Source: Limnohabitans sp.
GTDB taxonomy: Bacteria > Pseudomonadota > Gammaproteobacteria > Burkholderiales > Burkholderiaceae_C
NCBI RefSeq assembly: GCF_031539105.1
Contig: NZ_JAVKLM010000009.1
Location: forward strand, 83,387 to 147,386
Length of the DNA: 64,000 nucleotides
Reading direction: 5' to 3'
In this document: piece by piece, positions 38,961 through 48,404 of the stretch
Layout of the letters: each line of letters opens with the position of its first letter
Numbering within the stretch: position 1 is the first letter of the stretch
The notes under the pieces: model-generated
Databases searched by the model: none
Told to the model about the DNA's origin: nothing
Seen by the model: the letters and a program-made list of their open reading frames with translations, nothing else
Made by a program: the position numbers and the translations under genes

Positions 38961-40424
38961 ATGCGTCAAAAACTCAAGATTGCAGGCTGGGTCGCCATCG
39001 GCGCCCTGACCGGCGCACTGACCACCGTTTCGCTGCAAACTGCCGCACGCGCCAACATGGCGCCTTTGCCGCTGGAAGAGTTGCAACAACTTGCCGCTGT
39101 GTTCAGTATGGTCAAGAGCGATTACGTGGAGCCCGTGGACGAGAAAAAACTCATCAGCGACGCCATCACTGGCATGGTGGCCAGCCTTGACCCCCACTCG
39201 CAGTACTACGACAAAAAGTCATTCAAAGAATTCCGCGAAGGCACCACCGGCCGCTTTGTGGGTGTGGGCATTGAGATCACCCAAGAAGAGGGGCTGATCA
39301 AAATCGTGTCGCCCATCGAAGGCTCGCCCGCTTTTCGTGGCGGCATCAAGTCGGGCGACTTGATCACCAAGATTGATGACACCGCTGTCAAAGGCCTGTC
39401 GCTCAACGACGCCGTCAAACGCATGCGTGGCGAACCCGGCACCAAGGTGCTGCTCACGATCTACCGCAAAGACGAAAACCGCACTTTCCCCGTGAACATC
39501 GTTCGCGAGGAAATCAAAACCCAAAGCGTCAAGGGCAAAGTGATGGAGTCCGGCTTGGGCTGGATTCGCCTGAGCCAGTTCCAGGACCGCTCGGTGGACG
39601 ACTTCACCAAGAAGCTCGAAGAAATTTACAAACAAGAACCCAAGCTCAAAGGCTTGGTGTTGGACCTGCGCAACGACCCAGGCGGCTTGCTGGATGCAGC
39701 CGTGGCTGTGTCTGCCGTGTTCTTGCCCGAAAACATTGCCGTGGTGTCTACCAACGGCCAATTGGCTGAAAGCAAGTTTGTTTACAAAGCCTCTCCCGAG
39801 TTTTACCGCCGCAACGGCAGCAACGACCCCGTGGCTCGTTTGCACCAAAACACCAAAGGCATTTACCGCACCGTGCCCTTGGTGGTGCTGGTGAACGAAG
39901 GCTCAGCCTCGGCCAGCGAAATCGTGGCCGGTGCTTTGCAAGACCACAAACGCGCGACCATCATGGGCAGCCAAACCTTTGGCAAAGGCTCGGTGCAAAC
40001 CGTGCGCCAATTGGGCCCCGATACCGCTTTGAAAATCACCACCGCGCGTTACTACACGCCAAGCGGCCGCAGCATTCAAGCCAAAGGCATCGTGCCTGAT
40101 GTGTTGCTGGACGACACCGCCGAGGGCAGCCCGTTTGCCATTTTGCGCATGCGTGAAGCCGACCTCGACAAGCACCTAGAAAGCGGCCAAGGCAAAGACG
40201 CCAAAGATGCAGCCAAGGAAAAAGAAAAAGAAAAAGCCCGCGAAGAAGCCATGAAGCGTTTGGAAGAAGAATCCAAAAAGCCCAACAGCGAACGCCGTTC
40301 GCCCGAATTTGGCAGCGACAAAGACTTCCAACTCGAGCAAGCCTTGAAACGCCTCAAAGGCCAACCCGTGTTGGCCAGCAAGACGCAAAGCGAGCGCCCT
40401 GCTGCCGAGAAGAAAGACAAGTAA
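38961..40424 (+). CDS. ctpA: S41 family C-terminal processing peptidase
   Basis: Signal anchor, PDZ (GSPAFRGGIKSGDLITKIDD), catalytic GSASASEI and TFGKGSVQ. Lys/Glu-rich tail. Confidence 0.92.
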   Translation: MRQKLKIAGWVAIGALTGALTTVSLQTAARANMAPLPLEELQQLAAVFSMVKSDYVEPVDEKKLISDAITGMVASLDPHSQYYDKKSFKEFREGTTGRFVGVGIEITQEEGLIKIVSPIEGSPAFRGGIKSGDLITKIDDTAVKGLSLNDAVKRMRGEPGTKVLLTIYRKDENRTFPVNIVREEIKTQSVKGKVMESGLGWIRLSQFQDRSVDDFTKKLEEIYKQEPKLKGLVLDLRNDPGGLLDAAVAVSAVFLPENIAVVSTNGQLAESKFVYKASPEFYRRNGSNDPVARLHQNTKGIYRTVPLVVLVNEGSASASEIVAGALQDHKRATIMGSQTFGKGSVQTVRQLGPDTALKITTARYYTPSGRSIQAKGIVPDVLLDDTAEGSPFAILRMREADLDKHLESGQGKDAKDAAKEKEKEKAREEAMKRLEEESKKPNSERRSPEFGSDKDFQLEQALKRLKGQPVLASKTQSERPAAEKKDK

Positions 40425-40442
40425 TTCACGGGTAGGCCTGCG

Positions 40443-41204
40443 GTGAACGACGACCAACTGCTGCGCTATTCGCGCCACATCCTGCTTGACGATGTGGGCA
40501 TCGAAGGTCAGCAGCGCTTGGTCGACAGCCATGTGCTGGTGGTCGGTGCAGGTGGCTTGGGTTCTCCCGTCGCTTTGTACTTAGCCGCCAGCGGCGTAGG
40601 CCACATCACGATTGCCGACCACGATGTGGTGGACCTCACCAACCTGCAACGCCAAATTGCCCACACCACCGCGCGTGTAGGCCACCCCAAGGTCGAGTCA
40701 GCTGCGCAGGCCATGTCGGCCCTCAACCCCGAGGTGCGCGTGACCGCGCTGGCCCACAAGCTAGACGTGGCTCAGCTAGACACCCTCGTGCCCACTGTGA
40801 CAGTGGTGGTGGACTGCTGCGACAACTTTGAAACCCGCCAAGCCGTCAACGCCGCGTGCGTCAAACACCAAGTGCCGCTCGTCTCTGGCGCGGCCATTCG
40901 CATGGATGGTCAGCTGGCGGTGTATGACGCGCGTGACGACAAATCGCCCTGCTACGCCTGCATCTTCCCGCCCGACCAAGCGCCCGAAGAAGTGCTGTGC
41001 GCCACCATGGGCGTGCTCGCGCCACTGGTAGGCGTGATTGGCACCATGCAAGCCTTGGAAACCGTCAAGCTCATCACAGGCATGGGCTCGCGCCTGACAG
41101 GCCGCCTGCAAATGCTGGATGGCCGTGCCATGGAATGGAACGAAGTGCGCTTGCAGCGCAACGCTAGCTGCCCGGTGTGTGGCACGACCCAAAGCGTTTC
41201 CTGA
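40443..41204 (+). CDS. moeB: HesA/MoeB/ThiF family adenylyltransferase (probable molybdopterin-synthase adenylyltransferase)
   Basis: RYSRHILL, GAGGLGSP nucleotide loop, NLQRQ, and CxxC pairs (CYAC, CPVC). Confidence 0.85.
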   Translation: MNDDQLLRYSRHILLDDVGIEGQQRLVDSHVLVVGAGGLGSPVALYLAASGVGHITIADHDVVDLTNLQRQIAHTTARVGHPKVESAAQAMSALNPEVRVTALAHKLDVAQLDTLVPTVTVVVDCCDNFETRQAVNAACVKHQVPLVSGAAIRMDGQLAVYDARDDKSPCYACIFPPDQAPEEVLCATMGVLAPLVGVIGTMQALETVKLITGMGSRLTGRLQMLDGRAMEWNEVRLQRNASCPVCGTTQSVS

Positions 41205-41697
41205 ACCACCTCGGCTGCAACGCACGCCCATCTGAAAACAAACCCAAGTGCTGCGTTTGCGCTTGCATCTGCAGCGCCTCATACGGACCTGCATTGTGTT
41301 TGTAGCTGTACGACCACGCATAACCCTGCCCCACCATCCACGCGCCGACATCGTTGCCTTGGCGGCTGAGCTGCGCCAGCAAACGGCCGTAGGTGTCGCG
41401 TGTGCGGGCCGTCACCTCCACCACTTGGCCTTGCAGCGCAGCGTGCAATGCGGCGCGTGACTGTGGGCCCCACGGTTGACAAATTTCGGGGGCGTCGATG
41501 CCCAGCAGCCGCACCTTATAAGCCTCACCACCTTGCAGCGGTTGCACCCACACAGTGTCGCCATCACTCACGTGTGTGACCACGCCGGGCCAGGCCAGCG
41601 CAGTACTAAGGGTGCTCCAAACCACGACAAAAAAAGCACAGCTGCGCCACAGCCTCCAGCGTTGTAGCGCGTTGCGTTGTTGGAAAAGAAAGGCCAC
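41164..41697 (-). CDS. Thermonuclease (SNase-like) family protein, exported
   Basis: GDTVWV...VRLLGIDAPE...DTYGRLLA...GYAW, a staphylococcal-nuclease-like pattern. N-terminal hydrophobic leader. 3' end overlaps moeB convergently by 41 nt. Confidence 0.8.
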   Translation of the reverse strand: MAFLFQQRNALQRWRLWRSCAFFVVVWSTLSTALAWPGVVTHVSDGDTVWVQPLQGGEAYKVRLLGIDAPEICQPWGPQSRAALHAALQGQVVEVTARTRDTYGRLLAQLSRQGNDVGAWMVGQGYAWSYSYKHNAGPYEALQMQAQTQHLGLFSDGRALQPRWFRKRFGSCHTPGS

Positions 41698-41819
41698 AGT
41701 GATTCGAGCTATTGAAGTTATCCAACATTAAACCCCCGACGATCCGACTGCACAGTGAGTCCGACCTACAAGTGGGCTCAGCCTATGCATCGCGCTGATA
41801 TGTCGACTTAAGATGTGGC

Positions 41820-43502
41820 ATGGCGTTTTTAAAACAGTTTTTTCGTTCGACAACTTGGCCCGTCTTAACCCGTGAGTTTGCCCGCACTGAGTTGCTGGCT
41901 GGCTTGACTGTGGCATTGGTCATGGTTCCGCAGGCAGTGGCTTACGCGAGCTTGGCTGGTATGCCTTTGGTGACGGGCCTCTACACCTGCTTGATCCCCG
42001 CTTTGTTGGCTTTGCTGTTTGGCAGCGCCAACCGCTTGTCGGTCGGACCTGCCGCTTTGACGTCTGTGCTGATTGCAGCTTCGCTCAATGGTTTAGCAGA
42101 GGCCGGAACGCCCGAATGGGTTGCGCTGGCAGTGTGGCTGTCGCTCATGTCGGGCGCCATTCAACTGGCCTTGGGCTTAGGTGGCTACGGCTGGTTGCTC
42201 AACCTCATCAGCGCCCCTGTGCTGATGGGCTTCACGCAAGCTGCCGCGCTGCTCATCATGGCCTCGCAAGTACCCGCACTGCTGGGCGTCAAAACTTGGC
42301 AATGGGACGTCGCACTTTGGGGTAATTGGCTGCAAGGCTGGCCTGCTTTGTTTGGCTTGGCCAGCTTGGCACTCTTGCTGTTGCTGCGCCGGTTTGCGCC
42401 GCGCTGGCCGGGCATCATGCTGGTTGTAGGCTTAGCCTCGTGGTTGGGTTATGTGAGCGACTACAGCCAACACGGCAGTGTGGTCGGCCTGCTGCCAAGC
42501 GACTTGCCTGCTTTGTACTGGCCCGAATGGCCAGGCTTGCACGCCCTCAACCAACTTTGGGTGCCCGCCATGGTGATTGCCTTGGTGAGCTTTTTAGAAA
42601 CCGCGTCCAGCGCACGCATTGAGTGCCAACGCGATGGCAAACGCTGGAACGACAACCTCGAACTGATTGGCCAAGGCTTGGCCAAAATGGCCTCGGGTTT
42701 GTGCGGCAGCTTTGCCACCAGCACCTCGTTTTCACGCTCTGCGCTCATGCTGTATGCAGGCGCACGGTCTGGCTGGGCTACCTTATTCAGCATTGGGTGC
42801 GTGTTGGTCAGCCTGTTGTTTTTGATGCCCGCGCTGCAATTTGTGCCCCGCGCGGTGCTGTCAGCCGCAGTCATCGTGGCTGTGCTCAACCTGTTTCAAC
42901 CCAAGCACTTTCGAGCGCTGTGGCAAGTTTCACGCGCTGAGGCCATCACGGCTGGGCTGACCTTTGTCATCACCCTCATCAATGCCCCCGCCATTTACTG
43001 GGGCGTGCTCGCAGGTGTGCTGATGACCTTGGCTCACTTTTTGTACCAACGCCTGCACCCCCGCATCATCGAAATTGGCCTGCACGCCGACGGCAGCCTG
43101 CGCGATCGCCACCTTTGGAAACTACCGCCCTTGGCCCCCAACCTTTACGCCCTGCGCATGGATGCCGAGCTAGACTTTGCCGCAGCCAGCAGCTTAGAGC
43201 GCGCCGTGGTCGAGTACGTCAGCCTGCACCCACAGACCCAACATGTGTGCCTGTTTGCCATCCCCATCAACCGCATCGATGCCACCGGCGTGGAGATGGT
43301 CAGCAAACTCGAAGCCATGCTGCGCGAGCGCGGCATCAGCCTGCACATCAGCGGCATGAAACTACCGGTAGAAACCGTGCTGCGCCGCGCAGGCTGCCTA
43401 CAAGTCCGTTCAGGGCTGTACATGTATCGCACGGATGCGGAGGCAATTGCGCAATTGAGGCAGTTGGAGACGCTGCCTGCGGATATGGGGTGGTGTATTT
43501 AA
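41820..43502 (+). CDS. SulP-family anion transporter with STAS domain (second paralog)
   Basis: 560-aa polytopic protein with LTVALVMVPQAVAYASLAG, ELIGQGLAKMASGLCGSF, and a C-terminal STAS (LRMDAELDFAAASSLE). Confidence 0.88.
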   Translation: MAFLKQFFRSTTWPVLTREFARTELLAGLTVALVMVPQAVAYASLAGMPLVTGLYTCLIPALLALLFGSANRLSVGPAALTSVLIAASLNGLAEAGTPEWVALAVWLSLMSGAIQLALGLGGYGWLLNLISAPVLMGFTQAAALLIMASQVPALLGVKTWQWDVALWGNWLQGWPALFGLASLALLLLLRRFAPRWPGIMLVVGLASWLGYVSDYSQHGSVVGLLPSDLPALYWPEWPGLHALNQLWVPAMVIALVSFLETASSARIECQRDGKRWNDNLELIGQGLAKMASGLCGSFATSTSFSRSALMLYAGARSGWATLFSIGCVLVSLLFLMPALQFVPRAVLSAAVIVAVLNLFQPKHFRALWQVSRAEAITAGLTFVITLINAPAIYWGVLAGVLMTLAHFLYQRLHPRIIEIGLHADGSLRDRHLWKLPPLAPNLYALRMDAELDFAAASSLERAVVEYVSLHPQTQHVCLFAIPINRIDATGVEMVSKLEAMLRERGISLHISGMKLPVETVLRRAGCLQVRSGLYMYRTDAEAIAQLRQLETLPADMGWCI

Positions 43503-43831
43503 CTGTGAGCTGCAGAGCGAAGCACTTCGCCGGCCCACTGGTTCAAACTCTTCCCCGCTGCCTGCGCAGCCACCAAAGCCGCGCCATGTGTTTCAGGGGG
43601 AACCCGCAGCATAAGCTTGCCTGATGCAGGCTTCTCGGGCGTGATCCCTTGCGCTTTGCAGTCGTTCAAAAAATCATCAATGGTCACTTCAAATTCGTGA
43701 CGAAGTTCAGACACGGTTTCGCCATGAAAACTGATGATGCTGCGCAGCCCCAGAACGCGACCAACAAAGATGTTGTCGCGCTCATCAAACTCAATGCGAG
43801 CAATGTAGTTTTTGTAGGTCATGGTGCTCAT
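43499..43831 (-). CDS. hicB: HicB-family antitoxin
   Basis: MSTMTYKNYIARIEFDERDNIFVGRVLGL (HicB N-domain) plus a C-terminal RHH-like LMLRVPPETHGAALVAAQAAGKSLNQW. ATGA overlap with hicA. Confidence 0.85.
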   Translation of the reverse strand: MSTMTYKNYIARIEFDERDNIFVGRVLGLRSIISFHGETVSELRHEFEVTIDDFLNDCKAQGITPEKPASGKLMLRVPPETHGAALVAAQAAGKSLNQWAGEVLRSAAHS

Positions 43832-44112
43832 GGCTTCACTCCGATTCGTTCTAACAACTCGCGCACTTCTTCCACCTGATACCGCTTGGCTTCTTTGCCT
43901 GGGTGCGGGCGGTGACAGCGCCATTGCTCGCTCTTGAGGATGATCTTGACGCGTGAGCCCTCTCGCTCATGCACCTCACCACCTTGGGCCACCAGCAGCG
44001 ACTCAATGTCTGCAAACACCAACGAGGCCGAGGTGGGTTTGGCAAACACAGCGCGCAGCGTTTTGCGGTGTTTGGTGTTGACGCGGACAATGCTATCAAA
44101 AAGTGCAATCAT
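43828..44112 (-). CDS. hicA: HicA-family toxin (mRNA interferase)
   Basis: VNTKHRKTLRAVFAKP...FADIESLL...EREGSRVKI...CHRPHPGKE, a HicA-like pattern. Start chosen at the internal ATG (MIALFD). Confidence 0.8.
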   Translation of the reverse strand: MIALFDSIVRVNTKHRKTLRAVFAKPTSASLVFADIESLLVAQGGEVHEREGSRVKIILKSEQWRCHRPHPGKEAKRYQVEEVRELLERIGVKP

Positions 44113-44133
44113 AGACAACACTCTCTTAAGAAT

Positions 44134-44153
44134 TACTGTGTTTAAATACAGCA
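44134..44153. promoter_or_regulatory. LexA (SOS) box TACTGTGTTTAAATACAGCA
   Basis: CTGT-N8-ACAG matches the beta/gammaproteobacterial consensus TACTGT(AT)4ACAGTA. Lies between hicA (start 44112) and the Y-family polymerase gene (start 44157). Confidence 0.75.
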
Positions 44154-44156
44154 TTT

Positions 44157-45482
44157 ATGCTCCGCTCCCTCTTCGTCGACTTCAACAGCTACTTCGCTTC
44201 GGTGGAACAGCAGCTCAACCCCGCGCTGCGCGGGCGGCCTGTGGGCGTGGTGCCAGTGCTGGCCGAAACGTCGTGCTGCATTGCTGCCAGTTACGAGGCC
44301 AAGGCGCTGGGCATTGGCACGGGAACGGGAGTGGCCGAGGCGCGGCGGCTGTGCCCCGACATTGCCATCGTGCTGGCAGACCACGCCAAGTATGTCGAGA
44401 TGCACCACCGCGCCGTGGCGGTGGTGGACACGCTGGCCCCCGTGCGCCAAGTGCTGTCGATTGACGAGATGGAGTGCGAGCTAACCGGCCGCTGGCAACA
44501 GCGCGAGCTTGCGGTGGGGCTGGCCGAACGCGTCAAGGCCGAGGTGGTGGCGCAGCTGGGCGAGTGCATGCGCACGTCGGTGGGCATTGCGCCCAACACG
44601 CTGCTGGCCAAACTCGCGTCGAACATGCAAAAGCCCGATGGGCTGACGGTGATTGAGGCACACGAGCTGCCACAGCGTTTGTATGGGCTCAAGCCTAAGG
44701 CGATCAACGGCATTGGCCCACGCATGGTGCAGCGGCTAGAGCGCTGCGGCATTCACACGATGGAGCAGCTCTATGCCGCGCCACGCGAGCTGCTGCGCAC
44801 GGCATGGGGCGGCGTGGCGGGCGCCGAGATGTACGACAAGCTGCGCGGCCAGTGGTATAGCCCGCGTGAGACGGTGGCCAAGTCGCTGGGCCACTCGCAT
44901 GTGTTGCCGCCCGACCTGCGCAACCCCGCGGGCGCGTTTGCGGTGCTCAACCGCCTGACGCAAAAAGCCGCCATGCGCCTGCGCAAGCAAAACGTCTACG
45001 CCACCAGCATGAGTGTGCATGTGCGCTGCCGCCACGGCTATGGCGGCAACCGTGGGCTGATGGGTGATGACCGCGCCGCGCATGTGGGCGAAACCCAAGA
45101 CACCGCTTTTTTGCTGCACACGCTAGAACAGCTGTGGCACAGCGGCCTGCACCTGCTGCGCCAGCCTGTCAGCGTGGGTGTGCAGCTGCATGGCCTGATT
45201 GAAGCGGGTCAGCACACGGGCGATTTGTTTGGGTTTGATGAAGCTGCGGCGGATGGGGCAATAGATGGGTTGGCGGCAGGCATTGCGCCAAGCATTTCAG
45301 GCTCGTTGTCTGCCCGCATCGCCCCTGTAAAAGACCGCCGCAAACTGCTGGCAGCGATAGACACACTTAACAATAAGCACGGCAAAAACACCGTGTACTT
45401 TGCCAGCGCACACGCAGGGCTAGACCACGCGCCGATGCGGATTGCGTTCAATCGAATTCCTGATTTGGAGTCGGAGCGTTAG
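44157..45482 (+). CDS. Y-family DNA polymerase (ImpB/MucB/SamB, DinB/UmuC-like)
   Basis: N-terminal LFVDFNSYFASVEQ, CIAASYEAKALGI, SIDEMECEL catalytic acidic motifs. A little-finger region follows. Confidence 0.88.
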   Translation: MLRSLFVDFNSYFASVEQQLNPALRGRPVGVVPVLAETSCCIAASYEAKALGIGTGTGVAEARRLCPDIAIVLADHAKYVEMHHRAVAVVDTLAPVRQVLSIDEMECELTGRWQQRELAVGLAERVKAEVVAQLGECMRTSVGIAPNTLLAKLASNMQKPDGLTVIEAHELPQRLYGLKPKAINGIGPRMVQRLERCGIHTMEQLYAAPRELLRTAWGGVAGAEMYDKLRGQWYSPRETVAKSLGHSHVLPPDLRNPAGAFAVLNRLTQKAAMRLRKQNVYATSMSVHVRCRHGYGGNRGLMGDDRAAHVGETQDTAFLLHTLEQLWHSGLHLLRQPVSVGVQLHGLIEAGQHTGDLFGFDEAAADGAIDGLAAGIAPSISGSLSARIAPVKDRRKLLAAIDTLNNKHGKNTVYFASAHAGLDHAPMRIAFNRIPDLESER

Positions 45483-45487
45483 GCGTT

Positions 45488-46354
45488 TCAAGCCGTCACG
45501 ATCCAGCCTTCCAACGGGTCACACGCAGGCAGTCCGTATTGCGCATGCCCTGCCTCGTGCTGGGCTTGCGCCCATGCAGCTTGCACCATGCAAAGCACAG
45601 CGTCCAAACAGTCGCCGCTGGCATCGTCCACCAGCGTGTCGTGTTGGGCATGGCTGAGTTTGAGGCGCAGACCCAAACGAGTTTGCCCCACCTCCAAAGC
45701 TTGCAGCTGCTGTTTGCGGGCAATCAAACGCTCGGGCGTTTGTTTGGCTTTGTCGTCGCTTTTGTAACTGGTGTTGCCAATCAGCTCACGCGCCAGCAAG
45801 CCGGGGTAGGCCTCGAGCGCAATGCGCCTCGGTGTGGATAACGCAGGCGTTGACGACTCGTCGATCAACGCGCCAGGGGTGTACAACGCTGGCAGCGTCA
45901 CGCCCGCCTCAATCAACAACGGCACACCTGCGTGCAGCATGTAGGCCACAGGCGGGTTGACCCACTTCATCGACGGGCTCGAGCCCGCAGGTGTGTCGGT
46001 GGCGCGGTGGGCAAACTTGCCGCCGACAGGGCGCGCATCGCAAAAAGCTTTGAAGGTGGCGCGGATGTCAGCGCGGCTGAGTGCGGTGTAGTGCTGCATG
46101 CAGGACAGCCAGTCGTTGGGCCAGCCCAGCGTTTCGACCAATTCACGTGGTAGACCAAAAGGCAAATCGAAACCACCCACCCACGTTTGCGGAAGTTTCA
46201 GCCAATCGGCAAATGAAGCAAGGGTGTCAAACCTCAACAGGCTTTGCAACTGCACGCGGCCAGACTTGGCGTGGCCGACCGCCACGACGATGGGCTTGCG
46301 TTTGGAGGGGCTGCTGCTGAAGTCGCAGCCAATGAGAATAGGTGAAGCAGTCAT
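45488..46354 (-). CDS. DUF429-like (predicted RNase H-fold) protein
   Basis: IGCDFSS near the N-terminus, ALEAYPGLLAREL, and C-terminal DDASGDCLDAVLCMVQAAWA match my recollection of DUF429/COG4923. Confidence 0.5.
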   Translation of the reverse strand: MTASPILIGCDFSSSPSKRKPIVVAVGHAKSGRVQLQSLLRFDTLASFADWLKLPQTWVGGFDLPFGLPRELVETLGWPNDWLSCMQHYTALSRADIRATFKAFCDARPVGGKFAHRATDTPAGSSPSMKWVNPPVAYMLHAGVPLLIEAGVTLPALYTPGALIDESSTPALSTPRRIALEAYPGLLARELIGNTSYKSDDKAKQTPERLIARKQQLQALEVGQTRLGLRLKLSHAQHDTLVDDASGDCLDAVLCMVQAAWAQAQHEAGHAQYGLPACDPLEGWIVTA

Positions 46355-47211
46355 GCAATTCCCAACATGGTCACACCACCTGCAATGAGCAGAGCCCCCA
46401 GCACACGAAGCCCACGATCACCCTCACCTAACAAATGACCACCAATGAGCGCAGCAAACAACATAGAAACTTCACGCGCAGGCGCGACCAAAGACAAAGG
46501 TGCAGTCTGCATGGCATACAACACCAACACATACGAAATAGGCGTCACCGTACCCACGATGAGTGCGTATTTCCATTGTTGATGCCACAACACCCAAGCG
46601 GCAGGTCGATCGCGCAACACCACAGGCATCAAAAGCACCCCACGCACCACGTTCTCAACATAGTGCATCAATATCGGGGACAGCAGCAGCACCTTCACTG
46701 CATAGCCGTCGACCACGGTGTAACTGGCAATCAATACACCCGTCAAAAGTCCATAACGCAAGCCTACGCTACGAAGACGTTGAATAGTCAGATTGGGGCC
46801 ACCTGCAATTAAAAACACACCGCCAATCACGCAAGCAATGCCGAGCGCCCCCATGAAGGAGATAGTTTCGCCGAACCACACAACGGCAGCGAACGATGAA
46901 AGCAAAGGGCCAGTTCCACGTGCCAAGGGATACACCACAGTCAAGTCTGCAAAACGATAGCCACGCAGCAGAACAACGAAATACAAGATACGCAACAGCG
47001 CGCTGCCAACGACAAAACACCACACCCCAACACTCCACTGTGGCACGACATCCCAGCCTAACCATATCCCTACAGGCGCCCAAACGACGGCACCTGTGAC
47101 TGCGGCGAAACAAGCGAAACGTGCGTCAGCGCCAGCTTTTTTGGCCAGAATATTCCACAAGGCATGCAGCAGCCCTGCGAGCAAAACAATAGAAAGAGCG
47201 TTGGCGCTCAA
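46351..47211 (-). CDS. EamA/DMT superfamily transporter
   Basis: 286 aa, ten hydrophobic segments, duplicated EamA-like halves. Confidence 0.85.
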   Translation of the reverse strand: MSANALSIVLLAGLLHALWNILAKKAGADARFACFAAVTGAVVWAPVGIWLGWDVVPQWSVGVWCFVVGSALLRILYFVVLLRGYRFADLTVVYPLARGTGPLLSSFAAVVWFGETISFMGALGIACVIGGVFLIAGGPNLTIQRLRSVGLRYGLLTGVLIASYTVVDGYAVKVLLLSPILMHYVENVVRGVLLMPVVLRDRPAAWVLWHQQWKYALIVGTVTPISYVLVLYAMQTAPLSLVAPAREVSMLFAALIGGHLLGEGDRGLRVLGALLIAGGVTMLGIA

Positions 47212-47230
47212 GCGCTAACTAACTGGCGCG

Positions 47231-47656
47231 TCAGGCGCGGCCGACGATGGACGCAGTGGCCATCAGTTCTTCTAGCAACGCGAACGACACTTGGCCCGAC
47301 ACACCGTAAGGGTCGAGCTCGGGCGTTTCGGAGTACTTCAACACGATGGACGGGTTCAGTTTGTCCAAGCGCACATGGCCCATGGTCCAACCGCCAAAGC
47401 GGCGTTCGGAAATTTCTTCGTAGGCCAAGATCACCACGTCTTTGTGCCGCGGGTCTTTGACGATGTGGGTGTACAACGCGTTGACCTGGTTGCGACCGCC
47501 TTCGATGGCTTGCAAATAAATGCCGCCACCAAAGCACAGCACGCCGGTAATGCCGTTGCTGATGTTGTGCTCGCGTGAGCTGGCCAAGATGGATTCAGTT
47601 TCTTCGGGCGTTTCGGGTTTGACGGAACGGCTCACATACAACAGACGAACGAGCAT
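47231..47656 (-). CDS. Short BLUF-domain blue-light FAD photoreceptor
   Basis: LVRLLYVSRS (Tyr7), NGITGVLCFGGGIYLQAIEG (Gln49), DPRH, GGWTMG (Trp90, Met92). All key BLUF residues are present. Confidence 0.88.
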   Translation of the reverse strand: MLVRLLYVSRSVKPETPEETESILASSREHNISNGITGVLCFGGGIYLQAIEGGRNQVNALYTHIVKDPRHKDVVILAYEEISERRFGGWTMGHVRLDKLNPSIVLKYSETPELDPYGVSGQVSFALLEELMATASIVGRA

Positions 47657-47660
47657 GGCA

Positions 47661-48359
47661 TCAACCTTTAGGAATGAGAGACAAAAATTCGCGGCGCAAG
47701 TTGGGGTCTTTCAAGAAAGCACCGCGCATGACCGAGTTGATCATCTTGCTGTCCATGTCTTTCACGCCGCGCCAAGACATGCAGAAGTGGCTGGCTTCCA
47801 TGACGATGGCTAAGCCGTCAGGCTGTGTTTTGGATTGGATCAGATCGGCCAGTTGGACCACAGCCTCTTCTTGAATTTGGGGGCGACCCATGACCCACTC
47901 GGCCAAGCGGGCGTACTTGGACAGGCCAATCACGTTGGTGCGTTCGTTGGGCAACACACCAATCCAAATCTTGCCGATCACGGGGCAAAAGTGGTGGCTA
48001 CACGCGCTGCGCACAGTGATGGGGCCGACGATCATCAGCTCATTCAAATGTTCGGCGTTGGGAAATTCGGTGATGGCGGGTGCCTGCACATAGCGGCCTT
48101 TGAAGACCTCTTGCAAATACATCTTGGCCACGCGACGGGCGGTGTCGCCAGTGTTGTGGTCGTGATCGGTGTCAATCACCAAGCTGTCAAGCACGCCCTG
48201 CATCTTGACTTCGACTTCGTCGAGCAAGGCCTCTAGTTCGCCGGGTTGGATGAAGTCGGCAATGTTGTCGTTGGAGTGAAAACGCTTGCGTGCGGCGGCA
48301 ATACGCTCGCGGATCTTCACAGAAACCGGCGTGCCTTCGAAGTTGTCTTTTGCAGTCAT
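47661..48359 (-). CDS. folE: GTP cyclohydrolase I (type 1)
   Basis: RSACSHHFCPVIGK zinc motif, QIQEEAVVQLAD, HFCMSWRGV. Confidence 0.95.
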   Translation of the reverse strand: MTAKDNFEGTPVSVKIRERIAAARKRFHSNDNIADFIQPGELEALLDEVEVKMQGVLDSLVIDTDHDHNTGDTARRVAKMYLQEVFKGRYVQAPAITEFPNAEHLNELMIVGPITVRSACSHHFCPVIGKIWIGVLPNERTNVIGLSKYARLAEWVMGRPQIQEEAVVQLADLIQSKTQPDGLAIVMEASHFCMSWRGVKDMDSKMINSVMRGAFLKDPNLRREFLSLIPKG

Positions 48360-48404
48360 GGGGATGATGGTATCAGCGAAGCAAAAACCTTATTAACGCC
48401 CCGT

